Shown here one piece after another: positions 1 through 9,864 of a DNA stretch of 60,337 nucleotides (its first letter is position 1; the number at the start of each line of letters is the position of its first letter). This DNA comes from Acidimicrobiia bacterium (GTDB lineage: Bacteria > Actinomycetota > Acidimicrobiia > Spongiisociales > Spongiisociaceae). Below the pieces are notes generated by a model. The model was not told where the DNA came from. It worked only from the letters and a program-made list of their open reading frames with translations, and did no database searches. The translations under genes and the position numbers were made by a program. The stretch is from contig JBFGLM010000030.1 of NCBI GenBank assembly GCA_041576165.1, forward strand, positions 1 to 60,337, in the 5' to 3' direction.

Positions 1-647
1 ATCAGCGCTTGGAAACCATGGTCGAGGTGAAGCTCCAGCCAGTCATCCTCGGCTGCGTCACACACGACGATACGATCCGAACACAGCTCGTGTACCTGCA
101 TCAGATGCTCGCGCGGTTTTGGATTCTTGATGCCGCAGATGATTTCGAGATTTGCCAGCTCCGAGATCAGCGCAGGCGAGATGACGTATCCCGAATACGA
201 CGTGTTGAACAGGAACGTCGGGATCGAGGTGCGGGCGTCGAGGGCTTGGTACCAGGCACGGACCAGGTCGTCTGACGGGTGCGGCGGGAAATACGGGTTC
301 ATGACGATGGCAAGATCCATCCCGATCTCAGCCGCGTGATTAGAAAGGGCGACGCACTCGCCAAACACATGCGAGCTGGTTTGGGCCATCAACGGTATGC
401 GACCGGCGGTCGTGTCGGCCACGATCTCGTGCACCCGTCGGCGCTCATCGATCGACATCGACCAGAACTCGCCCATGACCCCACCGCAGAAAATCCCGTC
501 GACGCCGAGCCCGTCGATGTAGTAGTCGACCGAGCGCCGGATCCCTGCTTCGTCGACCTCGAATTCGTTCGTGAACGGAGTAGGGATGGCCAACCACAAG
601 CCTCTGACCTTCTCGAACGCCTGCATTTTGGCCTTACTCAACTTCAT
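1..647 (-). CDS. Dihydrodipicolinate synthase (DapA/NAL) family class I aldolase, 3' end beyond the window edge
   Basis: Not in the ORF track; hand-translated MKLSKAKMQAFEKVRGLWLAIPTPFTNEFEVDEAG...GIFCGGVMGEFWSMSIDER...VMNPYF...FLFNTSYSG...ICGIKNP. TPF, GxxGE, PYF and Schiff-base GIK motifs; AGAGG RBS upstream of ATG at 647. Confidence 0.85.
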   Translation of the reverse strand, partial: MKLSKAKMQAFEKVRGLWLAIPTPFTNEFEVDEAGIRRSVDYYIDGLGVDGIFCGGVMGEFWSMSIDERRRVHEIVADTTAGRIPLMAQTSSHVFGECVALSNHAAEIGMDLAIVMNPYFPPHPSDDLVRAWYQALDARTSIPTFLFNTSYSGYVISPALISELANLEIICGIKNPKPREHLMQVHELCSDRIVVCDAAEDDWLELHLDHGFQAL

Positions 648-804
648 CGGTGACCTCTTGACCCGCGGCCAGATCCTGCATGATATGTGGTACCACCGCT
701 GGTCGTGCACCGCGTCACAGAGGGACGGCGGCGCCAGCTGGATCGGCCGGCCTCGACCGACGATCGATGTTGGCTCAGCGTCCGAGCCGCCACCGCCCCC
801 AGCC

Positions 805-2019
805 TCAGTGAGCGGCTCGATGCAGCTCCGGGCTGAACGTTGGCCGGCTGGCTTCCGCGTCTGAGACCCTGAACGGGGCATCGTCACCTGTGAGCAATCG
901 GTAGGCGGCGGCCAGCTCGTCCGGGGAGCTTTCTTCGATTCTCAGGAGCCGCCGGGTCTCGGTGCCGTCACCGTCGATCCAGCGTACGGTTGTTTCGCGG
1001 TCCATCAGCGCCCACGTCAGGGTCTCGGCCGCGTGTTCGGTGGCCCGTTGATTCCAGTCCTGGCCGTGGTCGTTCCAGTCGGCGAGACCCCGCAGCTGAA
1101 CGAACGCCCGCCGGTCTCGGTCGGTCAGGTTGTGGTCGGCCCAGGCGTGTGCCAGCTCGTGCAGCACGCTTTTCTTGTCCAGGCGGCACACATGCAGCTG
1201 GTTGGTGCTGGTGACGTAGTAGCCGACGTGCCCGCCGCAATCTGCGGTGGAGCCATGGACGATGATGTCCAGTTCGGGCAGCTCCAATCCTGCCAATCGA
1301 AATCGATCGAGGGCCCACGCCAGCATCGGCTCGGTGGAGCCGTCCCGGCCTGACGAGAGACCGGTTGCGAGCGAGCTCGCGCCAACCACGTCACCGGTCG
1401 CTTCCGGCGTCTCACATTCAGCGAGCGGCCCTCGACCGACCAGCACGAGATAGGCCACTGCCAGCTCGGCGCAGGTGTTGTTGTCGAATCGCCACGTAGC
1501 CTGCGAGCTGCCGGTCAGGCCCCAGCGGATGATCTCGGCCGCGTGTTCACTGGCCCGCGCCGCCCAGTCCTCGGCCGGATCGCTCCAGGTTTCCAGTTGC
1601 CGGAGTTCGACGAACCGGCGTCGGGCCGCATCGTCGAGGGAGGCGTCCAGCCACGCATGGGCCAGCTCGTGCGTGAGGATCCGCTCCCAGGCGATCCGCT
1701 GAGCTTCGGGGATCAGCGGATTGTCGAATGTGGAGCACACATCGATCCGGTTCGGCTGCTGGTCGCCGTAGCGACGGTGGAGTCCCTCGTTGCCCTTGCA
1801 CGGGGTTCGGTCGGACCAGAAGTAGATCTCGACGGCCGGGATGTCGAGATCGGCTTCGGCAAACATCTGTTCGATTGACACGACGACTTCGTGCTGCTCG
1901 GCGGTGTAGACGACTGGGGGCCGCTGAACGGCGCCGGCTGGGCGGATGATGGCAACGGTTACGACGGCTACCGAGGTAACCAGGATACTGATGGCGATGG
2001 TGCGGGCTGTTGGTGACAT
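805..2019 (-). CDS. Exported/membrane-anchored protein with two tandem HExxH zincin-like domains
   Basis: Hydrophobic N-terminus; HELAHAW...EHAAE occurs twice in homologous halves. Confidence 0.75.
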   Translation of the reverse strand: MSPTARTIAISILVTSVAVVTVAIIRPAGAVQRPPVVYTAEQHEVVVSIEQMFAEADLDIPAVEIYFWSDRTPCKGNEGLHRRYGDQQPNRIDVCSTFDNPLIPEAQRIAWERILTHELAHAWLDASLDDAARRRFVELRQLETWSDPAEDWAARASEHAAEIIRWGLTGSSQATWRFDNNTCAELAVAYLVLVGRGPLAECETPEATGDVVGASSLATGLSSGRDGSTEPMLAWALDRFRLAGLELPELDIIVHGSTADCGGHVGYYVTSTNQLHVCRLDKKSVLHELAHAWADHNLTDRDRRAFVQLRGLADWNDHGQDWNQRATEHAAETLTWALMDRETTVRWIDGDGTETRRLLRIEESSPDELAAAYRLLTGDDAPFRVSDAEASRPTFSPELHRAAH

Positions 2020-2766
2020 GCCGGCACCGTCCGCCCCGGCCCTTTCAGGCCGATCAGCTCGCGCCTAACGCCTGATTGGAGCCACTGAAAGGGGGCTGTA
2101 AGGCTCACGGCCGCTCACGCTCGGGCCGGACAAAGCCGGGGTTGGATCTCAGCGCGCCCTACCAACCGCGCACGCGGATTCCGTTCTAACTACGTGGGAC
2201 GACCGTTCGGTCTTCAGGACTGCTCGCGCGGCAGGCAGGCGCTCGCGCCCGCGAGACCATCGGATTCTGGTGTCGACGTCGCTCCGTGCAGGCCGAGCGG
2301 AAAGGCAAAGCCGGCAGATCGCCGGAGGTGTGACCGGCTCACGCCGGCCGTCGGCGGTGGGAGGAGACCGCATCTGACCCAGTTTGCGCCGACGCCGGAT
2401 CGGTGATCCTGGCGGGTCACGCATCAGTGTTCGGACTGATCCCGCCCTTGTGTGTCCGGCTCGCCCGTCCGAGCCTATGATCCCGCGCCGGATGGGTAAC
2501 GGTGGCCGCACTCGGGCGCCGCAATGGTGCAGAGCTGCCACTCCTGCGTTCCGCGGTCGGTGGTGAGATCGTCGAACTCTTCAGCTTTGAACTCAGTGAG
2601 CGGGAGGCGCGCCCGTCCTTGCCGCAGGCTTCTGAGGGCGGCAGAGGTTGCTGGGTGCCGTGTCACCCCGGGCCGTGTTGCCGGGCTACGGTTTGTCCGC
2701 TTCTGAAAGGCTTCATGGTCGGTGCGAGTGCGGGCACGAATATCCTGCGCTCGGCACGAAGCCGCT

Positions 2767-4182
2767 TCACCCAGCCGGCTCGAGTTGTACCGGATACTCG
2801 CGAACCGCAATCTGCGTGCCATCCTTCGCGGACACGGCCCAGGCGATCAGGGCCCCGGTCTGGGGTGTATCAACCGCATACGGCACGTCCACATCGAAGG
2901 ATGTCCACAGTGGCCCATCGGGAATGGAGATCTGCTCGCCGCCGGCGGTGACCGTCTGCTCGGTCACGATCAGACCGTCGGCATCGACCACCGCAACCTC
3001 GAATGTTGCTTCGAAGGCGGCCGTCCAACCCACCACACGAACCGGATTCGCCGCCTCACCGCCGTACGACGGCCTGTCGACGAATACGAGCGGAAGCTGA
3101 TCGAACAATTCTTCTCGGGAGTTGTAGTCCTCGAGGATGATGCCCTCTCCGCCGAGCACATCGATGGGGTCGCCGTCGAGTTCGAACGCCACCTCGTCGA
3201 CCGTTGAGTACTGCGTGAGAGTGAACACCACCTGCGCAACCCGGCCCAGCATCGAGGCGCTGCCACCCCCCGAAGCGAATGCCCCGGACAAATCGACGGT
3301 TGCCACACCGTCTGCGATGGCAATGCCCAGCAATTCGGTGGATGGGGGCACCTCAGTCGAGATCGGAGGGATCGAGGCAGCCTCGTCGCTGGTGGGACCC
3401 TCGAGTAACGCTCGCATTGTGAAAGTGGCCGGCATGGTTGTGGCCGCGATTCGACGATGCACCGGGACGAGGAAACCTCCCTGCCCCAGCGGATCGTCGC
3501 CGAGTGATCCAAGGAAGAAATAGACGGTTGTGGGCATCGGCACCGGTGGTATCACCGGATCCAATCCGAGAGCCCGGGCGAGGAAGGTGGCCATCTGGCC
3601 TCGGGTCACCGGGATCTGCGGCCGGAACGTGCCATCGCTGAACCCGATCGTGATGCCGTTCTCGGCGATGACGTTGATATTGGCCTCATGAACATTGACG
3701 TCGTCGTCACCAAACCAGTCGCGAGTCGCCGGATCCAGACCCGGCAGCGCCCGCGCCAAAAACGTGGCCATCTGGCCACGAGTCACCGGGATCTGCGGCC
3801 GGAACGTGCCATCGCTGAACCCGATCGTGATGCCGTTCTCGGCGATGACGTTGATATTGGCCTCATGAACATTGGCGTCGTCGTCACCAAACCAGTCGCG
3901 AGTCGCCGGATCCAGACCCGGCAGTGCCCGCGCCAAAAACGAAGCCATCTGCCCACGAGTCACCGGCTCTTGCGGACAGTACCGATCGTCGGTGCAGCCC
4001 ACCGTCAATCCAGCGGCAACGATGGCCTCGATCGCGGGCTCGTGCACGCTTCCGTCGTCGTCTATGAACGTGCCGCCTGGAGGAAGGTCACCCTGTCCGG
4101 CCGCAGGTGCAGCCGGTAGGGCCCCAATCAACACGAGGACCGTCGCAGCGGTCACGAACCTTCGTAGCTTCAACATGCTCAC
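2767..4182 (-). CDS. S-layer homology (3x SLH) protein with GerMN and Gmad2-like Ig domains
   Basis: Signal peptide; three F.DDD...E..I..I...G.T.G...P..PVTRGQMA.FLARAL units; LLEGPT..E / ATVDLS / QVVFTLTQY GerMN signature; AFEATF..AVVDADG C-terminal domain. Confidence 0.9.
   Translation of the reverse strand: MSMLKLRRFVTAATVLVLIGALPAAPAAGQGDLPPGGTFIDDDGSVHEPAIEAIVAAGLTVGCTDDRYCPQEPVTRGQMASFLARALPGLDPATRDWFGDDDANVHEANINVIAENGITIGFSDGTFRPQIPVTRGQMATFLARALPGLDPATRDWFGDDDVNVHEANINVIAENGITIGFSDGTFRPQIPVTRGQMATFLARALGLDPVIPPVPMPTTVYFFLGSLGDDPLGQGGFLVPVHRRIAATTMPATFTMRALLEGPTSDEAASIPPISTEVPPSTELLGIAIADGVATVDLSGAFASGGGSASMLGRVAQVVFTLTQYSTVDEVAFELDGDPIDVLGGEGIILEDYNSREELFDQLPLVFVDRPSYGGEAANPVRVVGWTAAFEATFEVAVVDADGLIVTEQTVTAGGEQISIPDGPLWTSFDVDVPYAVDTPQTGALIAWAVSAKDGTQIAVREYPVQLEPAG
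3587..3940. repeat. Near-perfect 177-bp tandem duplication (2 copies) encoding SLH repeats
   Basis: 3587-3763 vs 3764-3940; I count 4 substitutions, one non-synonymous (A/V). Confidence 0.92.
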
Positions 4183-4415
4183 TCCCCCCGAGGTGGAGAT
4201 GCAACCTTCTCACCGGACAGGACGCCGGAGACGCGAGCAGCCGACGATCGCCGGACCGCCATCCGACGCGGGCGGCGTCGCGGCACCTGCACCGGTTCGT
4301 GGCTCGTGCCAGGCAGTTGACATCCGCCTGCCAATGCACTCATATTTTTAACTGTCCCTACTCAGCATGGAACGCGCCATCACCCCCTGCATAGGGCCGA
4401 TCGACAGATAGGTCT

Positions 4416-5690
4416 TTACCGCCGGCCGGACCGCCGCCCGCCGGAATGCAACGACTGATCCCGCAGGATCGACGCCGCGGCCGTCGCCAGCACCTGGCAT
4501 CCCAGGACCAGATCATCCTCGGCGGTGTCCTCCGCGAAATCGTGGCTGATCCCGCCGATGCTCGGCACGAACAGCATGGCAGCTGGTAATCGTCGCGCCA
4601 GCACCTGGGCGTCATGTCCGGCGCCGCTCGGCATCCGCATCCACAGACCCGGAGCGTGGAGTTCGGCGGCCTCGTCGAGATGGCGTAGCAGGTCTGCATC
4701 CATTGTCGCCGGCTCGACGCTGTCGGCATCGGTCGTGGCCTCGACCGAGACAGGTCCCGCCGCATCTGCTTCGGCAACCAGGCGGCGGACGTGCGCCTCC
4801 AGCGCGTCCATGCGTTCGAGCTCAGGGTCTCGGAACTGCAGCGTGAGCTCGGCCGCCCCCGGGATGATGCTGCTCGCTCCGGGATCGAGGTGGATCCGGC
4901 CGATGGTCCACACCGACCGCTCCCCCACTAGTGACGGGAACTCGGTGTGGAGGCGGCTGGCGAAGGCGACCAGCGCCACCCCGGCGTCCTTCCGAAGCGG
5001 CATGGGCGTAGTGCCGGCGTGGTTCTGCACGCCGCGGAACCGGATCTGCATGGTGCGTATGCCGACGATGCCGGTCACCACTCCGATCCGGTTCCGAGTG
5101 ACCTCTAGGTGGGGGCCCTGTTCGATATGCGCTTCGACGTAGCCGATATAGCGGCCTTCCTCCATCCGAGCCACCGGCCGCCCGGCCAGGCCGGCTCTCT
5201 CCAGTGCATCGGTCAGCCGCTCACCGACCAGGTTGGTGGCGGTCTCGATGAGAGCTGGGTCCTGGTCGCCGCAGAACGAACGAGCCCCGAGGAACCCGAG
5301 ATAGGTGCCCTCTTCGTCGATCCACGAAGCGACGTCGACCGCAAGATCGGCAGTCTCCTCGTTCTCGGCCAGCGTCCGGGCCACCTCCAACGCCGAGACG
5401 ACACCGAACGCGCCGTCGAGCCAGCCCCCGCGCGGCTGGGTGTCGGTGTGGGAACCGAGCAGTAGCGCCGGGCCATCATGCCGGGACCGGCCGAACACGG
5501 TGCCAGCGCCGTCGATGGAAGTGTCCAGTCCGGCTTCCACCATCCCTTCCCGCAGCCACTCGCGGGCCGCAAGATCGACTTCGGAGAGCGATGGCCGGAT
5601 GACACCAGTCCCTCGGGCACCAAAGGTCCGCAGCCGATGGAGGTCTGTCAGGAGGCGCTGTGGGTTTATCTGCGGCATGGTTCGGTCCAT
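4416..5690 (-). CDS. Zn-dependent amidohydrolase, hydantoinase/carbamoylase (M20) family
   Basis: GSHTDT...DG, EEG, EAHIEQG, HAGTTPM, SGAGHDA and GGISH motifs; start could be 5678. Confidence 0.92.
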   Translation of the reverse strand: MDRTMPQINPQRLLTDLHRLRTFGARGTGVIRPSLSEVDLAAREWLREGMVEAGLDTSIDGAGTVFGRSRHDGPALLLGSHTDTQPRGGWLDGAFGVVSALEVARTLAENEETADLAVDVASWIDEEGTYLGFLGARSFCGDQDPALIETATNLVGERLTDALERAGLAGRPVARMEEGRYIGYVEAHIEQGPHLEVTRNRIGVVTGIVGIRTMQIRFRGVQNHAGTTPMPLRKDAGVALVAFASRLHTEFPSLVGERSVWTIGRIHLDPGASSIIPGAAELTLQFRDPELERMDALEAHVRRLVAEADAAGPVSVEATTDADSVEPATMDADLLRHLDEAAELHAPGLWMRMPSGAGHDAQVLARRLPAAMLFVPSIGGISHDFAEDTAEDDLVLGCQVLATAAASILRDQSLHSGGRRSGRR

Positions 5691-5995
5691 TCAGAACGCG
5701 GGCGTCCGATCGTACAGCGCCGGCCGGATCCCAGACCCGTGTGACTCCTGGGGTTTGACGATTTCTCCCGGGCGGCGGCCGACTAATCACGGGTTGCGGC
5801 CCATCGGCAGTCGCCCGTGCCGGCTTGCTCGCGCTGAGTGCCACAAATAGTGGTCATACCTACACATCCTGAGGCCAAGTACCCAACTTATTGGCCACGC
5901 AACGTGGCGCCTGCTAAAACGGGCTTAGCCACTGGCGCGTCTCGGTTCGGCGCTCGGCTGGCATTCATTGGGGCGAATCGAATTGGGAGGGGACC

Positions 5996-7720
5996 GTGAC
6001 CAGGATTCGAAGAAAAACACTGATAGTGGTTGTAGCGCTCATCGCGCTCGCCATGCTCATGCCGGTGCCAGCGACGTCGGCCGACTCCGACGTCAAGGAC
6101 ACCGTCGATCTACAATTCATCACGATTTCGGACTGGCACGCCCAGCTCGACCCGCTGTTTGTTTTCGGGGAAGGCACCTTCGGCGGGGCGGCAGAGCTCG
6201 CCACCTACTTCGACACAGAGCGCGCCAACAACCCGAACACGCTCATCTTCACGGCGGGCGACGCCTACGGCGGCTCGCCGCCCCTGTCCGGCTTCTTCAA
6301 CGAGGAGCCGGCGGTCCGGGCGATGCGCATGATGGGCGTCGACTATGACACGTTCGGTAACCACAACTTCGATCGCGGTTTCCAGCATCTCCAGCAGATG
6401 ATCGACCTCGCTCGCTCCGGTCCGGGTGATGAGCCGGGTGAGCCCTTCAAGTACGTGGTGGCGAACCTGGAGAACCGGGACGCCAACCTGAAGCACGTCA
6501 AGGATTTCGACATCATCAAGGTCGGCGGCGTCAAGGTTGCGGTCATCGGCGTCATCAATCCCGAGGCACCGACGCTGGTATTCCCCGGTTCATTCGGGAC
6601 CATGGTGCCGACCGACCCGGTGGCTGCTGCGAATGCGGCACGGGCTCGGGCGAAGCAGAAGGGCGCCCAGATCTTCGTACTGCTCGCTCACATGGGCGTC
6701 ACCGGGTTCGACGGGGGCGGCAACGCGTTCGGCCCCCTGGTGGACCTGGCCAACGGCGTCCAGGGCTTCGACTTGATCGTCGGCGATCACACCAACGCCG
6801 AGTTCAGCGACACCATCAACGGCGCGGTTGTGGTCGAGAACCGCAGCCGCGGCCGCACCTACGCCCGAGTGTCGATGACGGTCGAGGTCGGCAAGCAAAA
6901 GGCGACCACGGTGACGTCGAGCTCGGTGGAGTTCGTCGACCCGGTGAGTGCCGCCGTGACCCCGGACCTCGAGATCGTGGCATTCCTGGCGCCGCTCAAG
7001 GCAGAGCTGAACGAGCTGCTCGGACAGGTGATCGGCCAGTCGACGGTCTTCGTCCCACGGGCCGACTCCTGCGGGCAGAGCGCGGGGCGCACCTGTGAGT
7101 CGCTGGTCGGCAACGTCGTGACCGACGCCATGCGCGACCGTTACGGTGTCGACTTCGCCATCACGAACTCGGGCGGTTTGCGGGCCGATCTCACGTGTCC
7201 GACTGCCGATCTCCCCGACGATTTCTGTCCGGCGCCGGACGGTGGCGATCACGAGATCACCGCCGGACAGGTTCTCACCGTGCTGCCGTTCGGCAACTCG
7301 GTGGTGACCCTGAGTGTCACCGGTGCCGAGCTGAAGGCGCACTTGGAGCGAGGCGTGTCGGCAATGCCGGGCGTGAGCGGCCGGTTTGCCCAGGTGTCGG
7401 GCCTGTGCTTCACATACGACATCCACGCTGCGGCGGGCAGCCGGGTGACCGGCGCCGTGTTCCAGGAGGCCGACGGGTCGTGTGGTACCACCGCCGTCGA
7501 CCTCACAGCGGGGTCGACGTACACGCTGGCGGAGAACGACTTCATGGCGAGCGGCGGTGACGGCTACCCCGTCGACATCGGGTCGGCCGCCACGCGAGAC
7601 TTCATGGACCAGGTCGTGATCGACTACATCACGGCCAACACGCCGATCTCCCCGGCAATCCAAGGCCGGATCAACTGCACCAGTTCCGGCGCGACGGCGT
7701 GCCCAACGATCCTGCCGTAG
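5996..7720 (+). CDS. Secreted bifunctional metallophosphatase/5'-nucleotidase (UshA-like)
   Basis: Signal peptide; SDWH, GDA, GNHNFD, AHMG, GDHT metallophosphoesterase motifs; NSGGLR, LPFGN, FAQVSG, GGDGY in the C-domain; GGAGG RBS. Confidence 0.93.
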   Translation: MTRIRRKTLIVVVALIALAMLMPVPATSADSDVKDTVDLQFITISDWHAQLDPLFVFGEGTFGGAAELATYFDTERANNPNTLIFTAGDAYGGSPPLSGFFNEEPAVRAMRMMGVDYDTFGNHNFDRGFQHLQQMIDLARSGPGDEPGEPFKYVVANLENRDANLKHVKDFDIIKVGGVKVAVIGVINPEAPTLVFPGSFGTMVPTDPVAAANAARARAKQKGAQIFVLLAHMGVTGFDGGGNAFGPLVDLANGVQGFDLIVGDHTNAEFSDTINGAVVVENRSRGRTYARVSMTVEVGKQKATTVTSSSVEFVDPVSAAVTPDLEIVAFLAPLKAELNELLGQVIGQSTVFVPRADSCGQSAGRTCESLVGNVVTDAMRDRYGVDFAITNSGGLRADLTCPTADLPDDFCPAPDGGDHEITAGQVLTVLPFGNSVVTLSVTGAELKAHLERGVSAMPGVSGRFAQVSGLCFTYDIHAAAGSRVTGAVFQEADGSCGTTAVDLTAGSTYTLAENDFMASGGDGYPVDIGSAATRDFMDQVVIDYITANTPISPAIQGRINCTSSGATACPTILP

Positions 7721-7732
7721 AGAACAGCTGGT

Positions 7733-7769
7733 CGGGTGCGGAATCACGCCCCCCGTGGTTTCGCACCCG
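7733..7769 (+). terminator. Hairpin terminator after the first 5'-nucleotidase
   Basis: cgggtgcggaatcacg-ccccc-cgtggtttcgcacccg stem with G-U pairs, 12 nt after the stop. Confidence 0.65.
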
Positions 7770-7923
7770 CTCCTAACAACCGGGTCCGCTCGCACGGCTG
7801 ATCGCCCACTACCCCGCCACTGACTTCCGCCTCTGTTGTAGGTGTCCGTTCCAAGCGCAGTATGGGGTTTGACAGGCAAAACGAGGTCTCGCCATGGCCG
7901 TCGAGACCCGGTGTGAAAACGAT

Positions 7924-8373
7924 ATGGCACCCGTTTGGACGCGCCCTGCTGCCCTGTTCACCGTCAAGCTCGTCCACTCGGCGATCTTCTGGCTCGTCGA
8001 AGTCGCCCTGGCCAGGGTTCTGTGGGACGGCGTCCGGCGGCGGGCAAACCGGATGACCGGTGTTGCCACAGCGACTGTGGCGATTGAGTCCGTCATCTAC
8101 GCCGCAAACGGCTCCCGGTGTCCGCTCTCCGAGGTCGCCGAGAGGCTCGGCGACGAGCGCGGGTCCGTGACGGACATTTTCCTGCCGCGACTGGTGGCCC
8201 ACTGGCTTCCTGCGATCCATGTGCCACTCGTGGCCACGGCAATCTGGCTCCACCGTGACCAATTCATCCGCGCGGCTCGCCGGCCCACCCAAGGAGATTC
8301 GGATCATGCAACATCTGAGACTGGCCGGTTGGAAGACCGAGGCCGGACGCCAGGAGTATCTCGCCGCGTATGA
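7924..8373 (+). CDS. Small membrane protein (DUF2784-like, CPL motif)
   Basis: VKLVHSAIF...ANGSRCPLSEVAERLG...DIFLP with hydrophobic segments; tail overlaps the next gene by 68 bp. Confidence 0.65.
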   Translation: MAPVWTRPAALFTVKLVHSAIFWLVEVALARVLWDGVRRRANRMTGVATATVAIESVIYAANGSRCPLSEVAERLGDERGSVTDIFLPRLVAHWLPAIHVPLVATAIWLHRDQFIRAARRPTQGDSDHATSETGRLEDRGRTPGVSRRV

Positions 8374-9241
8374 CGCAGCGCTGGCGCTCTGGACCGCCCC
8401 CTACGAAAAAGTCGAAATCTCGACGCGGTTTGGACCGACCGGTGGCGTCGTGTCCGGGCCACCAGACGCACCACCACTGTTCTTGCTGCCGGCGGCGACC
8501 GGAATCGGAGCGATCCAGTGGTATCCGAACGCCGGGCGGCTGGCCGCCGACCATCGCGTCTATGCGCTCGATTTCGTAGCCGGGCCCGGTGGTGGAACCC
8601 AGACACAGCAGATGATCGACCGCTACGACTACGCCGCATGGCTGACAGATGTTATCGGCGGGCTTGGCCTGGACCGCGCTCGATTCATCGGTTCTTCGCA
8701 AGGCGGGTGGTTCGTCCTCAATCTGTGCGTCGCGGAGCCCGACCGGGTCGAGGCAGCCGCGCTGCTGGCTCCGGCTGCATCACTCGCTCCGTTCTCGACG
8801 ATGACCTCCATCTCCTTGCGGCTTCCGATGCCGCCGGGATGGGTGGCCAAGCCGGCGCTGAGGGCGGTGGTCGGACCCAGTGTCGATATCGACGATCGGG
8901 TCTCCCAGGTCATGGCGATGGGTCTCAAACATTTTCGCTACCAGGAACGTGCGGTCTTTCCCGATGTGTTCAGTGACACCGCGTTGCGCAGGGTGACGTC
9001 GCCGGTGTTGGTGATGGTCGGCGACCGGGAGATCATCTACGAGCCGCAAGCCGCGGTGGCCAGAGCCGCCCATGCGATTCCGAATGTCGAAACCGAACTC
9101 GTCCCCGGCGCACGCCATCTCCTGAACGTTCAAATGCCGGAGCTGGTGAACGAGCGCATCCTGCGCTTCCTCGCAGCAGCGACGCCCCGAGTCGGGCAGC
9201 CGGCGCCGCAAGAACCAGGTGGGGCGGACACAGCCACATGA
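8306..9241 (+). CDS. Alpha/beta-fold hydrolase (carboxylesterase-like)
   Basis: GSSQGG nucleophile elbow, VYALD, C-terminal ARH; AAGGAG RBS before ATG 8306. Confidence 0.88.
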   Translation: MQHLRLAGWKTEAGRQEYLAAYDAALALWTAPYEKVEISTRFGPTGGVVSGPPDAPPLFLLPAATGIGAIQWYPNAGRLAADHRVYALDFVAGPGGGTQTQQMIDRYDYAAWLTDVIGGLGLDRARFIGSSQGGWFVLNLCVAEPDRVEAAALLAPAASLAPFSTMTSISLRLPMPPGWVAKPALRAVVGPSVDIDDRVSQVMAMGLKHFRYQERAVFPDVFSDTALRRVTSPVLVMVGDREIIYEPQAAVARAAHAIPNVETELVPGARHLLNVQMPELVNERILRFLAAATPRVGQPAPQEPGGADTAT

Positions 9242-9340
9242 CCTCATGCATCGCAGTACTGCTCCCCGGACGATTGGCCGGCCCATGCCGCGTGGTCGGC
9301 GCGCGTTGGCAGCCTAGACGCAGTCCTACCCAGGCGTCGG

Positions 9341-9616
9341 TCAGTCCACCCGTTCGAGGACGAAAAACCCGAATCTGGCGGTGGTCGACGCGGGATCGGT
9401 ACATGGCATAGCCGCCGTCCACGCGGCGGGAGGCACCAAGCACCTCCCCCGTCTCGCCTTCATCGGCAGGCCGGGCGGCCACAACGCTTCGGCCGCGGAA
9501 AGCCACCATGGCAGATGGATCCGCCGCCGGGTTGTAGACCCAACCAGGCGTTGGCTTCCGGCCGAAGTTGGTACCGATGAGTGCCAGGTCGGCGCGCCGA
9601 CCGGGATACAAAGTAC
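9341..9616 (-). pseudogene. Frameshifted, 5'-truncated remnant of a deazaflavin (F420)-dependent nitroreductase-family (DUF385/Ddn) gene
   Basis: VLCIPVG / frameshift / DLALIGTNFGRKPTPGWVYN.AADP.A.V...YRSRVDHRQIRV / extra T in the run at 9363-9367 / FVLERVD*; no recognisable N-terminal half. Confidence 0.75.
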
Positions 9617-9864
9617 TGCCGGGCGGCATCAGCAAGTCGATTGGATGCCTGCGATTATCACGTCGAGCATTGGACCTGCCTTGTGGGGGATGGTTCCCCA
9701 TGCAAACCAGGTGAGGCAGGTGTCTCACCATGCGCCTCCAACCGGGAGCCTAACCACCCATGCGACCGGCCGCTGCCAGGCTCAGCGCTTGCTCACGCCT
9801 GCCTCCCCGTGCCCCGGCGGAGGTGGGTAGTTTCATCCCGGTATCCAATCTGGGGGGCCAGGTC

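Noticed and set aside
2020-2766. ORFs in the 750-bp gap (2149-2541, 2475-2822) and a CCCTTTCAG/CTGAAAGGG inverted repeat
   Set aside because: No recognisable motifs or RBS; a stretch near 2520-2620 looks protein-like but I cannot assign it; the inverted repeat is short.
6590-7930. Long antisense ORFs (also 12047-13108, 13429-15099, 38185-39855, 49329-50657, 56029-57201)
   Set aside because: Shadow or alternate-frame ORFs of well-supported genes, expected in high-GC DNA; Arg/Pro/Gly-rich with no motifs.
9033-9731. 232-aa ORF as an intact gene
   Set aside because: Only the middle resembles a known family; both ends are out-of-frame read-through and it overlaps the hydrolase gene.
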